DNA of 64,000 bases. It comes from the human T2T-CHM13v2.0 reference genome, Homo sapiens. Positions 12,816 through 25,980 of this stretch are shown in pieces (the first letter of the stretch is position 1; every line of letters starts with the position of its first letter). The translations under genes and the position numbers were made by a program. The stretch is taken from NCBI RefSeq assembly GCF_009914755.1, contig NC_060940.1; one strand, 5' to 3'. The notes under the pieces were generated by a model. It saw only the letters and a list, made by a program, of their open reading frames with translations. It made no database searches and was not told the origin of the DNA.

Positions 12816-14560
12816 ACATGCCTCGAACATTTATTTACAGAATTCATCTTATGTAAGTGTTTTTAACATAAGCGCCGTATGTGTGAGGTAACAGGGAAAC
12901 ACTTTTTCATGGCAGTCCTGAGTTGATTGCTAATAAGAGTAGGACTGCAGAGAGAGAAGTGATCACAATAAAACCAAGGGAAGCGGGAGACAGCAGTTTG
13001 AGAACAGTCGCGGCTCTGAGTGCCACAGAGCAGCCAGAAGGGCAGTCTGGGGAAGTGAGTGGGGGTGATGGCGTCTCAGCAGCTTGGGTTGAGTTTCTGG
13101 ATGCACAGCCTGTGCCCCAGGATGGAGGTGTCGGGAGCAGTCTTGACCCATGGCAATGTTGGTGCTGAGCAGTCAGGAGTTCACCCAGGCTCCTCCCCAC
13201 CACCTCCCCCACCCTGAAAGACGCCCTTTCCATCCCTGCCCTGTGAGACCAGACACTTGGAGAGCAAACTTCTCAGGTGCTAGAGGCGCTCAGCTCTCCA
13301 GAGCTCGGCCGCCGATTGGTGTTGGACTTGGGTTCTCTGCGTGACCCGGAGGCGCAGGATCCTTTTAACTCGGTTAAATTATTTTTCACTTTAAGAAATG
13401 CTTAAGCATTACAGGCAAAATCTTTACAATAGAATTGTTGATGGAAAACAGCCCACTCAAAAAGACAAACAAAATAAAAGTAGGCCACACCAAAAAAGTA
13501 TTTTGAAAGAAAATGGTAGTGTTCCATTTCTAAACTGAGGTCTCTGTAATGTGTAGCTTGTGGAATGTCAGTGTTACAGGTGTCTAAAATTCTCAAATAC
13601 GATGTCACATAATCATAAAGTCCCTGATTTTAGAGCGAGGCCACCCTATCAGGAGCCCACCTGGTTTTCAAAGTTGTCCTCCAGAAGTGTGCACTTTTTG
13701 CTGTTCAGGGTACCCCCCTCTTCCTCTCCCCTCCCCTTTTAATCTTTCTGCTCCCCTTTTCCCATCCCAAATATTCATTAAGCATCCACTAGTACCTGAT
13801 GGGAATGGAGGTTCTTTTGAAGCATCCGTATGTGACATCATAGACATCTAGCCAGCAGATGGCCAGAGTTGGCGTGTTTGGGACAAATGTTGCCTTACCT
13901 TTATAGGGTGTCCCTAGTCCCCAGGATCCTGGCATACCCCAACACATTATATTTTCTTGTGGGGCAAATAATTATGAGGAGCCCAACAGATAAAATGTCT
14001 CATGCATTCCACATAGAATTCTTATTCTCTACGTTGAATAGGAGAGATGAATTATTGACAGTTATGTTTCATCACGTCCTGGTGCTGGAAGCATTTTGAG
14101 CCGTGATGTGTGTAACGACACAGCCCGGTGCTGCCTTTAGGTTTGAATTCTGTGTGGGTTTGCTCTGTGTTATCCATTGTTGGAACCATTTATTTCATTT
14201 TATGCAGAGTTGCTTTTGAAATTCATAAACAGCTTGAGTAAGCCTTTGCAAAAGCCGGATGAAAATTAATTTTTGGCATGGATGGCATATCTAACGTGAA
14301 TCTGTTCTCTGAAGACTTACCTGGAGATGGTGAGGCTGACCTTGAACTGAACTGACATGGAGTTGGTTGTGTTGTGGAAATTAACACCACGCTATAAGGC
14401 TTTGAACAACCGTGCAGCCCAGTGACTCGCAAAGGATGGCCTTCTGATTTGTTCACTGTCCTGCTGGAGACGGAAATCCGGCATTCGTCGCCTCTGTGAC
14501 TGCAGGGGACTAACGTGTGGAATCCCAGGGACAGGAACACTCTGAGCCATTGCCTGAAAA

Positions 14561-14634
14561 GTGACCCTGGAGCTGCGCTTCCCAGGATGTTCATGGAGTG
14601 ACCGTGGAGCTGCGCCTCCCAGGATGTTCATGGA
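14561..14634. repeat. 37-bp direct duplication
   Basis: gtgacc(c/g)tggagctgcgc(t/c)tcccaggatgttcatgga at 14561 and 14598. Confidence 0.9.
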
Positions 14635-15484
14635 AGTTAGGGCTTCGGTCTTGGACAACACAGATAACATTTATGGGAATTATTGTTTCATCTGTTCTTG
14701 GAAAGTCAGCATTCAAATGAAAGTAGGAGAGAGAGGGATCTTAAAAAGATTGTATTTCAATTATTGGTTAATTCCTTTCTATAGACTGCCTAAGAAAAAA
14801 GGATAAATTGATAACTATTCACTGTGGTGTGACAGTACAAATTCCAGGCTGGGAGTTTAAGTCATCGTTTTGTTCCCCTTTTTCCCCCCAGTAGGGAATT
14901 CTGAATGTACAAAAAGTTGAGTAATACAGCAAATTATATCAGGAAGCAGGTATGAGACAGTGCCTTCCATTTCAGTGTAGTAAAGGCATCATTTAAACTC
15001 GGAGTCTTTGAGGATTCTAGGAAGAGACACTAGAAATGTGTGAATCACTGGTTGTTAGTAGGCAGGGACTTCTCATGGCCTAGAGCGTTTGCCTCCATTC
15101 CCAGTCTGCCTCTCACTTGGCCTGCAACCTCGATCAGAGTCATTCATTTCTGCAGACATCTGAGCGCCTCTCCTGTGAGATGGATCATGGGCTGGCTCAG
15201 CTGCTGGGGTTACTGTGGGGACTGAGGAAATGAGGCCTCTGAAGAGACGGAGGTGTGGAATCAGGAGCCTGCCCGACAGGACGGGTCCTCCCTCAGTGCA
15301 GTGTGACGTGGGCCTGCCCCATGCCTAGTCCTTAGACTGCTGCCCGCACCCATCAGAGCTCAGCAGGCCTTTGTGCTCTCCTGGTGCAGGAGGTGCCAGG
15401 AGTGGTGTCCTTCATGGTCTCTACACATGGGGCCCTCCTTGCACAGGTCAGAACCCCCTTGCCTCAGAACCTCCTTGCTAAGCA

Positions 15485-15597
15485 GGGCCCACCCCACAGC
15501 CTCTGATTGGTTGGGCCCGAGAATGAGCATTTTCAGGAAGTTCCCTGCCACTGCTGATGCTGCTGGTCTGAGAACATGCCTGAAAATCTCTAGTACT
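15485..15597. mobile_element. MER5A-like hAT fragment
   Basis: gggcccgagaatgagcattttcaggaagttccc...ctgatgctgctggtctgagaacatgcctgaaaatctctag resembles the MER5A end. Confidence 0.65.
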
Positions 15598-16732
15598 TAG
15601 AGGAGTGAGGTGGGAGTGATGTTGTCAACAGGAAATCCGTGGACACAGGTGTGGATGGGAACCAGTAGACTGGGGTGGGTCAGCACTCATAATGTGGCTG
15701 TGCTGAGCAGGAAGCACAGGGTGTGGAGCTGTGAGCCACAAACACAGGCCAGCACAAACTGGGTCCTGCTGGACGCTCCAGGCGGGAGATTCCTGGGAGC
15801 ACAGGCCAGGTGGCCTTTGGGTAACTCTGGTGGGGCAGAGTTTAGAGTCGGAGTCTCCTGCGGTGCTGAAAAAAGGCCAGGAAGAAGTGTTGAGGCCTGG
15901 ACGAGGCCAGTGGTTGTGGAGGGAGGGTTCGTTGTGACCTGCGGTGCAGGAGGAGTCACCCAGAGCTGGGGCAGCTCCATGTGGGGTGGAGGGCGCGGCC
16001 AGCCTTGGTGCACTGGGTCTGGACATTTGCACACCGGCCTTCGGTGGGTCCTGAGCCTGCGAGAGGATGAGCTCAGTGGCTGCCCCGACATTGCCTTGAG
16101 GTGGAGCCTGGGGAGGACAGAGGTGGTGGGTGGCAGCCCCCCCAGGAGCTGGCTGTCACCCTAAGTCAGGGAGGTTCTTGGTGTGGGCATGGAGAGCCCA
16201 CGTCATCCCTCCTGGAGGGTCTCAGTGACACTTTGACATGATTTTGACTCATGTTTGAAAAACAACTCTGAACTCTTATCCAGTGTTTACTTTAAAAATA
16301 CTATCTCACCACAGAGAGCTCAGCTAAGTGTATTTCAGCACTGTTATTTCCTGAGAGAGGCTGCAGGGATCTTTAGCAGCTTGGTGGCTACAGCTGAGAG
16401 CCCCTGCCCATCGTCCCCACACCATCTTCGCACTGGTCCTGCATCACCCACATCCCGGTGTGGGTGGGTGATGGTGGGGGAGGCCGGTGGCTCAGGATGC
16501 TGCTGCCCTTCCTGCTGCCTGCCTCGGGTCCTCTGCTTGTGATCTCCAGGTCCTAAGTCCAGCTTGGTGTCGCTGGAGACCACCCTCATGTACCCAGAGT
16601 TCCCATTAAATGAGCCTCAGTGCTGGGAACCCTGGGAAGTTTAAAGACAGTGGGTCTCATTGTGAGCCCTACTGACACCAGGCCCTCGGCTATTCCTGGA
16701 TTACTGAGCAGCTCTGTAATCAGCTGCTCACC

Positions 16733-17298
16733 CCCTCTGCCCGTCCCTCTGCCCGTGCCCCCTCAGCTCATGCCCTCTGCCTGTCCCCTCTGCCCATCCC
16801 TCTGCCCGTGTCCCCTCAGCTCATGCCCTCTGCCTGTCCCCTCTGCCTGTCCCTCTGCCTGTGCCCCCTCAGCTCGTGCCCTCTGCCCGTCCCCTCTGCC
16901 CATCCCTCTGCCTGTCCCTCTGCCCGTGCCCCCTCAGCTCATGCCCTCTGCCCGTCTCCTTTACCTGTCCCCTCTGCCCATCCCTCTGCCCGTCCCTCTG
17001 CCTATGCTCCCTTAGCTCGTGCCCTCTGCCCATCCCCTCTGCCTGTGTCCTCTGCCCATCCCTCTGCTTGTGCCCTCACCCTGTGCCCCTTCAGCTCATG
17101 CCCTCTGCCCGTCTTCTCTGTCCATCCCTCTGCCCATGCCCTCTGCCTATGCCCCCTCATCTTGTGCCCTCTGCCCATCTCTTCTGTCCATCCCTCTGCC
17201 CATGCCCTCTGCCTGTGCCTCCCTGCCTGTGCCCTCTGCCTGTGCCCCCTCAGCTCGTGCCCTCTGCCCGTCCCTCTGCCAGTCCCCTCTGCCTGTGC
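16733..17298. repeat. C/T-rich degenerate ~12-bp repeat (ccctctgcccgt) interspersed with cccctcagctcatg
   Basis: Direct reading; source of the P/L/C-rich ORFs 16620-17708. Confidence 0.9.
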
Positions 17299-20200
17299 CA
17301 GTTCAGCTTGGACCACGCTGGGCGTGGGTGCCTGCTTTCTGCCCAGGTGACCGGGCCCTGCTCAGTTCTCCACCCTCCCCTGTCCCTCGTCTGCCTTACG
17401 TTCCCTGCTCTGGCCACGCTGGTTCCCTTACCTTCCTGGAGCATGTGGCCCCTCCTGGCCCAGGCTGGTCCTGCTTCCCACTCTGGAATGTTCTCTGGAG
17501 TTCTTCCCCTGGGTGGCTCCTTCCCGCTTCCCTGCTTGGGGTCACCCATTCTCGTCTGAGGTCAGCTCTACCCCTGCCTGTCTCCCTGTTCGCTTGCAGG
17601 CCACTGTCCCTGGCACTTGGGAGTCAGGAGGAGCGGGGCCAAGGTCTCGCGCTCCAGGAGCTACCAGGCAGCTGCCGCAGGGACTCAGGTACTCAGGTGC
17701 TCTTCTAGCGCCTCAGCGGCTTTCACTCCATTCGTGCTCCTTTACCTGGGGCTCTGTACCAGTGCTGCCAGGAGGCCTGGCTGGCCCGGGCTGGGAGCCC
17801 ACATTGAGCAGCATCTGTGTGGGATCGAGGCTGATTCCCGCGGCCCCGGTTCACATTGGATGGCATCTGAGGGTGTCACCTTGGCCTGAGCCCAGCCCGG
17901 GTGTGGGAGTCTGGGAGACCTTGCAGTGGGACAGTTCCCATTTGCCAGCATGGGCCTCCGCAGCCTCTGCTTCCCAGCCACCAGGGGCCATAAGCAAATC
18001 TCTGCCCCTTGCCCAGGCCCCAAGGCAGAACATTTTAAAAAATCCTCCCTTCACAAGTACAGACACAGGGAAGGATTCAGCCCCTTAGGTTTAATCTGAC
18101 CAGGAAATCTGTGGCATGGTTTAAGGTCAGCACAAGTGGGGAGCTGTGTCTGGGGCCTCCCGTCCATGCGGGAGAAGCATGCGGCGCTGGGAAATGCGTG
18201 GTGCAGGTGCCAATGCTCCAGAGCCGCCTCGGCCACTGTCCTCCCACATCTTGGGTTTCCCCTGCAGATTCCCATTTAGATCTTCAGTCCCATGGAGTCC
18301 ATGACCATCTCTAGCCATGGTGTGACCAGCATGTGGCTTCAGATCTTGGAGACTGGACCACTCCTGCCTTGGCTCACACGTCCCCTCTGTTTCCCCTTCC
18401 CCTCCCCATGGCTTCCTTACTGGACTGCTGCTGACCAGGGCCTGTGCTGCTGTGTTCGATGACATTGACCTGTGACTCTGAGCAAGAGCTTAGATGCAGA
18501 GCTTTAGACCCAGCGCCAGGCCCTTGGGTGTCCCGTAAGGATTCGTAGATACATTCATAGAATCCCCGGAAGCTGGAGTCTCGTAGCTTTGCAGCTGCGG
18601 CCTTTAGACAGCTCTTGCCATGAGACTCCATCCATTAGTCTTGAGGTCACGTGTTTCCATTTTGCTCCTCATATACAGGTGGAATGTAATAGTGGCCGAC
18701 TGACGGATGTTCTGAAAAAATGCACGTCTGAGCGTATGTTCCTAGCAGCATCCCTGTACTTCTGAACCACCTCTGAGCATCGATGCTTCTTAATCATCTC
18801 TGTCCTGAATTTCAAAAATTAGAGCTGTTTTCTATCCTTAGCTACAGCCAAGAGCCCAGCCACACTGCCCTGCCCCTGTGACAATGTGTGTTTGAAGACA
18901 GGGTGACCAGCCCTGCCCTGATATTTCATGGAAATCTTATATTTCAGGGAATGGGAGAGGCTGCCTGTGGAGGGAGCTGTGCACGCTAGGAGCACACGGC
19001 AGCCACAGGCTTCTCGGCTGTGCTCCAGGCTTACTGGCCCACGCTCCAAGCTTCCTGGCCCGGCAGGCAGGGCTGGCTGCCCTTGTAGGAGCCGGAAAGT
19101 CAATATTGGGATATTTCAGAATAAAGCTCACAGACGTTCTGAGGCAGCGTTGCCCAGGGTGGCATGACTGTAGCCAGCCCTGGGCCTTGGAGACTCTGGC
19201 AGAGCGTGGTGTCCCTCCTAGGTCCCGGCCCCTCGTGGGAGGTATTCAGGTTTCTACCTTTCCACAGGGGAGGACGTGCTGGGGGAGGGGAGACTCTGGC
19301 AGCCTCCCTTTGGTTCAACTTCAGGGTCAGAAGAGATTGTTTGGGAAGCTGCTGAGCTTCCAAGCAGGAGTGTGAGTTTTCCTGTTTATGATCATGTGTG
19401 GAGCTTTCTTCCGTCACATGGGGAGGCTTTGAAAAGGCAGCCTTTCACATACTGTACTTGGTCAACCTGAGGACAACCCGGAGATGCCGTTACACAGAGA
19501 AGGAGTCCATGGTTCAGAGAAGACTAGTGACTTGTGAAGGGTCAGCTAGGAAGCTGAGAGGCCACGCTTGGGTGGGAGGGAGGCAGAGAGGTGTGGAGGG
19601 GCTGGCGGGCATCATTGCCTGGGCAGGCAGGTGGGAAGTCCCACTCCATCATCACAGGAGTGTGCTTTGCAGGCAACCTCAGGCCACTCCAGGTGCCTGG
19701 CCACCCTGTCTCCTCCGTGTGGAGCATGGGCCTGTCCACGGGTCCTTGCTGTGGCCTCACTGACAGCAGAGAACATGGCGCATTCCCACACCTGAATGTG
19801 CTGCTCTGGGCGGCTGCATTGTAACTGCCCTGAGAATGCTGGCATCCGGGGCATGCTGTGACTTACACTGTGCAGAGGCAGGGACTGGCATTGTGTGCAT
19901 GGGGGCGATGCCAAGCCGGCTGCTGATGCTAGAGCCCCTCACCTCTGCGTCTTTCTTGGTGGGAGTGGCTGGCCAGTGGGAGAGCATGGCTGGCAGTGAG
20001 GTGTGAGGGGCTCCAGGGAGGGTTCCGCTCTGCAGATGGCTGGGGCAGGTACCAACTGTGTGCAAGGATATCGGTATTGCTGGGGTCCCAGGTCCAGGAT
20101 GAGCAGAGTGTGTGACCGTGTTGGCGCTCAGGTCCCAAGGCCCTGCAGCCCCACAGGCACCTGGCCGCTTCTGGGGGTGGTGGGATCGTTTCTGTTCCAC

Positions 20201-20388
20201 ATCAGTTCTTTCTTGGGCAGCAGTCGGAGGCTCCAGCGCTCTTGGTGACTGCATCACAAGTTAGGAGGGATTTGCCCAGCCCTGTGTGGAGCACCTTTCC
20301 CGGGTGTGTCTGAGCAGAGCGCTCTGCTGTCCTGAATGTGAGCTTATTTGAGCCTTGGCCATCTGAGGACCTGTCTTCTGTTTTTCAG

Positions 20389-20628
20389 AGGATTACCCCA
20401 ATGGCACCTGGCTGGGCGACGAGAACAACCCCGAGATGCGGGTGCACTGCGCCATCATCCCCTCCGACATGCTGCACATCAGCACCAACTGCCGCACGGC
20501 CGAGGAGATGGTGCTCACGCTGCTGGACTACCTCTTCCACCGCGAGGTGCAGGCTGTGTCCAGCCTCTCGGGGCAGGGCAAGCACGGGAAGAAGCAGCTG
20601 GACCCGCTCACCATCTATGGCATCCGGT
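20389..20628 (+). pseudogene. BANP: BANP-like exon A (240 nt), N-terminal part of BEN domain
   Basis: tttttcag|ag gat tac ccc aat ggc acc tgg ... atc cgg t|gtaagt; overlaps ORF 20436..20699 (MRVHCAIIPSDMLHISTNCRTAEEMVLTLLDYLFHREVQAVSSLSGQGKHGKKQLDPLTIYGIR); CpG-rich codon usage. Confidence 0.95.
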
Positions 20629-20772
20629 GTAAGTCGGGCCCCATCTTGGGGGACTGGGGTGTGCGGGGAGCTGGGTCAGGACCCACATTTCACTGCTGAG
20701 GGTGCTGGCATCAGTAGCACTGGCACGGGGCTGCGTTTCTCCAGGCGGTTTGAAATCTCAGCCCGAGGATCA

Positions 20773-20897
20773 GTGCTCGAGGGGATGGATGCCCGGTTGA
20801 CCCTGATGTGCTCATTACTCATGGCATGCCTGTACCAAAATACCTCATATACCCCATCATATATATACCTACTGTGTACCCTTAGAAGGTAAAAAAC
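20773..20897 (+). mobile_element. L1MA1-3-like 3' terminal fragment
   Basis: gaggggatggatgccc...catgcctgtaccaaaatacctcatataccccatcatatatatacctactgtgtaccc. Confidence 0.75.
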
Positions 20898-21484
20898 TCC
20901 TCGCCTCCTGTCTGTAGGCCACTCTTGAGGAAGAGAGAGGAGGAGGAGAGCCAGGGCCTTCCCTGCTGTCCTGGCCACGCTGACCCAGGCCCCGCTGAGC
21001 CTCTCCTAAGTGGGTGGAGTGCCGCCTGCCTCCTTCCTTCTGAGAGGGCTGGGCCTCAGCAGCCATGCCAGGGCCTCAGCGCTGACCTGGCTGTGATGGG
21101 AGCCAGGAGAGCTCCAAAGCCTGATTTTCGTGCCCAGCCCGGCCTGTGATGTTTCCCTCCCCTCTGAAGAGCGGGACTTGCTCCAGGTGGCGATTGCGGT
21201 ACTGCCCTTCAATGGCGTTTGATGGGCGCTCAGGTCCTCTTTGCCAGTGTCCATGGTCCATTTGCTCCACAGAGCCCGTCTGCTTCAGAAGCTGTCCTCC
21301 TGGCTTCTAACAAAGATGTAAAGTGAAGCAGCAGCAAACGCAAGAGACACGAGGCCCCTGGCGGGAGGGTGTGGGAGGGTACAGCAGCCTCCGGCAATCT
21401 GGGCTCTGGAGAGTTGCCTCAGGGGATCGTGAATGGAAATCTGATCTTGAAACAGGGCGAGCGAGGTGGAGCACTCAGCGTCTG

Positions 21485-21582
21485 GGATCTCAGCGTGCGG
21501 GGGGCCTCCGGGATCTCAGCGTGCGGGGGGCGTCCAGGATCTCAGCGTGCGGGGGGCATCCGGGATCTCAGCGTGTGGGGGC
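21485..21582. repeat. 26-bp G-rich minisatellite, 4 copies
   Basis: ggatctcagcgtgcggggggc(c/g/a)tcc at 21485, 21511, 21537, 21563. Confidence 0.9.
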
Positions 21583-23843
21583 TGCTGTTCCAGCAGGAAA
21601 GAGCCTTGCTCCTCTGGGAAGCACGGTGTGGCCCGTGAGCCTCTGTCAAGAGCAGTGGGGGAGTGGAAGGGCTCAGCTGTTCCGTAGCTGCTGTGAAAAT
21701 GGGGTCTGAGTAAGACTGGGGTGTCATGCTGACTGCAGGTTTTTCTGGAAGCTGCTGAGAGGTGGGTCCAGGTCCCACCCACGTGTGTGTGAGCAGGTCA
21801 TGGCATCTTCCCATGTGCCATGTCTTGTTCCAGGCGTGTGTCCCAGCTGTCAGACACTGGCGGGCACCCATCCTGGACCCTGAGGGTAGTCTCAGATAAC
21901 TGCCTGGGAGACCACATGTGGGGCCTCCTCACAGCTTCTCAGCGGTGGAGTAAAGCAGGTCACGAGGATCAGAGGGTCATGGGGCAGGGGTCACCCGCAG
22001 CCTTCTGAAGGGCCACATGGCAGATGTTTCAGGCTTTGCAGGCCCTGGGGTCTCTCTTCAACTGCTCAGCTCTGAAAGCAGCCACAGACGAGGTGTCACA
22101 GGAGTGTCAGGCTGGGCTACAGGTTGGAGGCGCAGCCTGGACAGAGAGGAGCGGGTGATCTTTGGAGAGGATGGTGGCATGTGGGATGAGCGTGCTGTGC
22201 TGTGTGGGGCAGTGGCATTCGGGGCTGGGCCCTGTTCCCAGGTGAGGAGTCCCTGCTCCTCCAGGGAGATGACAGGGGCCTTGGATGTGAAGCTGGAGGC
22301 CGGCTGGCTCTGCTTTGGAGACAGTGCCTTGGTATGTCAGGCTAAGGATTCGGGCTTTCAGGGCATTGGCTGCGATTGGTCTTTTTATTAATCGAGCACA
22401 GGGAATGTTCCAGTGAGGTGACAGGGGCATGGCAGGGCGATAGAGCAGAGCCCATGGCGGTGGGGTGGCTGTGTCTGTATTCAGCGAGTCCGTGTGGGGT
22501 GGTGGAAGGCACTGCGTGGGGCAGAATGGGGCAGGCCCCGATTCCCTGCATGTTGTGGCTATGAGTTGACCTTCCCTGCTGAGCTTCTCCTTGCTTGGGA
22601 AGTGCTGCCAACCTCGATGGGGGTCTGGAGGCCAGAGAGGGGAGTGGGAGCCTGGCATGGGCTACCACCCTCTCCCCTGGGCCCGCTGGCTTCAGGGCCA
22701 TCCTCCAGACAGCTGAAGTCATTGGCTCTGTTCACCAGGCTGCTGGACCTCATGGCTTGGGGCCCACTGGCCCTGCCTCCCCAGGCTCTGAGCTGGGCTC
22801 TGGAGCACGGTCCCCTGGCAGGGGCGTCCGCTAGCACCGTCATTCTGCTGGAAGTTCCTCCGGGGCGGGGGTCCTGGGCTTGCTCACAGCGCCCGGCCCC
22901 TTGGAGATGCCCAGTGAATTCTGGTCTCTAGAGCCGAGCTTTGGGAAGGTCATGGTGTGGCTGACCTTCAGGGTGACTTTGCATGAGGAAGGCTGGCCTG
23001 TCCACCGGGCCGTGTGGAGGGGCCTGGAGCAACTGCTGGGTATGGACCAGAGCTGGGCCTTCTCCCCCCACCTCAGGCCAGGCATGCCTGTGTGGCTCGT
23101 GCTTAGATGGAATTGCTGAAATGTTAAAAGCATGGCTTTACCTTTTCTCCCTGTGGCCCAGTTTCATTCTTATTGCTGATCGTTGCCCAAAAAACCAAAA
23201 CAAATCAAATAAATACATGGACCAAACCTCCCAGGCCCCAGCTTGAACAGCGGCAGGAATGGAATTGGCCGCATCACTGCATCTTACTCTCTGCTGTTGC
23301 TTCAGAGCCTGCAGTGATGCCTGTAGCCTCAGCAGTCAGAGGTCTGCGGCTGTCCTCACTCAACCCAGACAGCTCACGAGGGAGAAGATTTTGATTTAAG
23401 TTTCTCCTTATTTGTCAGCAGAAAGATTTTCTTTCTTTTTCTGGAGAAAAAAGTCTACATTTTGAAACACACAGTAGGTAAAGTCTCTAAGTACCACCTT
23501 CTCAAAATGAGGAAATGAGGTTATTGAAAGAGGGAGAGAGAGAAATTTGCTTTTTGGGGTGTTGGCTTTCTTAGGGTTCCCAAGGATTGGTGGACCCCCC
23601 GAATTTGGGCAGCTAACCAAATTTGTGTGTTTTATGCAAAAGTAGCCTATCATTGCAACTTGGAAAACCTTGGAACATTTTCCTAAGGAATGTGCTCTCA
23701 GGACAGCAGCATTTGCCTGTTTTCTCTATGAAGAGAAATTGGTTTAGTTCTTAGGATTTCTATCCATGGCTTGCTCACGCCTCTGCTTGGACTGTGCATC
23801 CAAGCCGGTGACCCCGGATCTGAGGGCTTTTCTAAAGAATGCT

Positions 23844-23888
23844 GTCTAAGGCCATGCCACCCTGAACACACCCGATCTCATCTGATCT
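23844..23888 (+). pseudogene. 5S rRNA retrocopy, 5' 45 nt only (3'-truncated, no poly-A), with target-site duplication
   Basis: gtctaaggccatgccaccctgaacacacccgatctcatctgatct vs 5S 5' end GTCTACGGCCATACCACCCTGAACGCGCCCGATCTCGTCTGATCT (5 mismatches); flanked by aaagaatgct at 23834-23843 and 23889-23898. Confidence 0.9.
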
Positions 23889-24136
23889 AAAGAATGCTGC
23901 TGTGGATGGCCGATCCCCATGAGACCTCCTAGCAGTTACAGAAAGACTGGATTCATTTGCACAAAGTAAAAAGTTATGCTTTCAGAGTTGCCCTGTCAGA
24001 TGATTGTAGTTCTTTTCAAATCATTCACTCCAAGCGCAGGTGGTGTTTCCTAGCGGGAAGCAGCGGGGGCCACTTCACCCACACCTGTCCCTGTGAGTGC
24101 AGGTGTGCGACCTGGCCCCATTGTGTCTTGCAGGGT

Positions 24137-24536
24137 GCCTCAGGTTCCTGTGGCCACTGGGACAAAGCTCACAGCCTGGCTGGCTTAGAACACAGGCTTG
24201 TGTTCTCGTGCAGGTTTGGAGGCCAGATGCCTAGGATGAAGATGTGGGCAGGGCCACGCTGCCTGAGAAGGCCCTTTCCTTCTCCCAGCTTCTGGTGGTG
24301 GCCGCATCCCTCCAGTCTCTGCCCGCGTCCCCCATGGCTGTCTTCCCCCCGTGTCTCCCTCTGTGTCCCTCTCCTTACAACGACAGTCACTGGATTTGGA
24401 GCTCCCTCTCCTGCAGGATGACCTCATTACAACCTAAGGAATCACATCTGCAGAGACCCTAGTTCCCAGTCAGGTCACATTCTGGGGTCCTGGGCCAGGA
24501 CATGAGTTTTGTGGGGACACTGTTCAGCCCAGTACA
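24137..24536 (-). mobile_element. MLT1 (ERVL-MaLR) solo LTR, MLT1C-like
   Basis: ggcttagaacacagg...tggaggccagatgcctagg...cagggccacgct...acatctgcagagaccctagttccc...aggtcacattctggggt...ggggacactgttcagcccagtaca. Confidence 0.85.
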
Positions 24537-25819
24537 CAGGACACGGGTGGTCAAGTGCTGTCTCTTCTCCAAGTTCTCTGTGAGGTGAAATGGTGAGGCT
24601 GACCTATATGTGTCCTTAAGGCAGAATGTGGACTCCACGCAGGGGTGGGTGTTTGTCTGTCTGTCTTGGGACATTGAGTGCCTCACGGTGACTGAAAGCT
24701 GGGAGGAAGGTGTGGTCAGTGTGGGCTCCAGGCAGAAAAGTGAGCAGAGCCTCCTTCTCAGCAGGTCACCCAGATGCTGTGACCTGGAGGTAGTCCTGCA
24801 GGTGGCTGTGAGGGGCTCTCTTGCTAACAGACTGAGGACAGGTGTCTCTCCATCATTTTTTCTCATAAAGGAATGAGTCAGCAGGCTTGAAGAAGGTGGC
24901 CGGCTTGGCCTGGAGGCTGCACATGTGAGGTGCACGGGGTGTGGGCTGTGCGTGCTTCCCCCGGGAGGGAGCATGTCAGCTGGCTTCCATCGGGCAGAGG
25001 CTTCGAGATGCCTTTTGTTTTTCTAGGCAGCGCTGTCACGTCGAGTCTGTAATTTGAAGAAATCAGTTGTTGGCACTCGGTTTTGTGCTGCCTTCCCTTG
25101 CACATGAGAGTGCGTTAGCAGGTGGTGCTCTTCATTCCTTTGTGACTGATAAAGCCACATGCCACCCACCAAGGCACAGGATGACAAGCCCTCCTGGCTC
25201 TCTTGTCTCGCTTCCCACAGTGCCTCTCATGGCCCCACAGATGGAGAGCTGGGAATCGGCTTGTGATTTGAACCACCAGAGTCAGTAACGGGGGTTCTGG
25301 AAAGTGGGAAGGCAACTAACGGTGTAATGGAGACTCTTTAGCTCTTTGGGGACTGCAGGACAGCTCGCCAGGAAAATAGAGGCGTGCACGGTGGCAGGGA
25401 TGCTGCCTGGCTGAGCCTGGAAGGCAAGCCCGTCCTGGCCTTGAGGGGCCTCAGTGGGCATAGTGTAGGGATATGGCTGGGGAAAGCAGGGACTGAGGCC
25501 AGACAGGGTGTTCTCCTCCCAGGTGACGCCACGCTGTGGGGATCCCATGAGCCTCAGCAGCCGGATGCCGAGCACTTCTGTTCCCCTTGTGTCCTGGGCA
25601 CTGCTCAGGGGGGAGACTTCTGCCTCGATTGAAGTCCGACTAGGCCTCCCAGAGCAGGGGCTGCGGGTGCCTTGGGCTGAGGGAGCTCAGGACAGCAGAG
25701 GCACGTGTGCGGGGCTGTGCGTGTTCTTCCCGTCTCCCTGAGCACCTCTCATGGGTTCCTAGGATCCAGTGAGGGCCGCTGCTTCTCCACCTGGTGGGCC
25801 CAGGAAGCTTGCACTTTAA

Positions 25820-25980
25820 GGCCGGTGTTCACTCCTAACTAGTAATTGGACTTGGACACATCACTTCTCCTTTTTCTGGCTTTTGCCTCAAAACCAAAGT
25901 GATGAGAGTAGTGACATTCCTACTTCATGAGGCTTTTTAAAAAAAGTCCATCAAATAACATGAGATCAAATGCTTAAAGT
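25820..25980 (+). mobile_element. MIR fragment
   Basis: actagtaattggacttggacacatcacttctcc...cctacttcatgaggct...ataacatgagatcaaatgcttaaag. Confidence 0.55.

Noticed and set aside
16620-17708. Pro/Cys-rich ORFs resembling keratin-associated or metallothionein-like proteins
   Set aside because: Low-complexity ccctctgcc repeat open in all frames; no gene structure.
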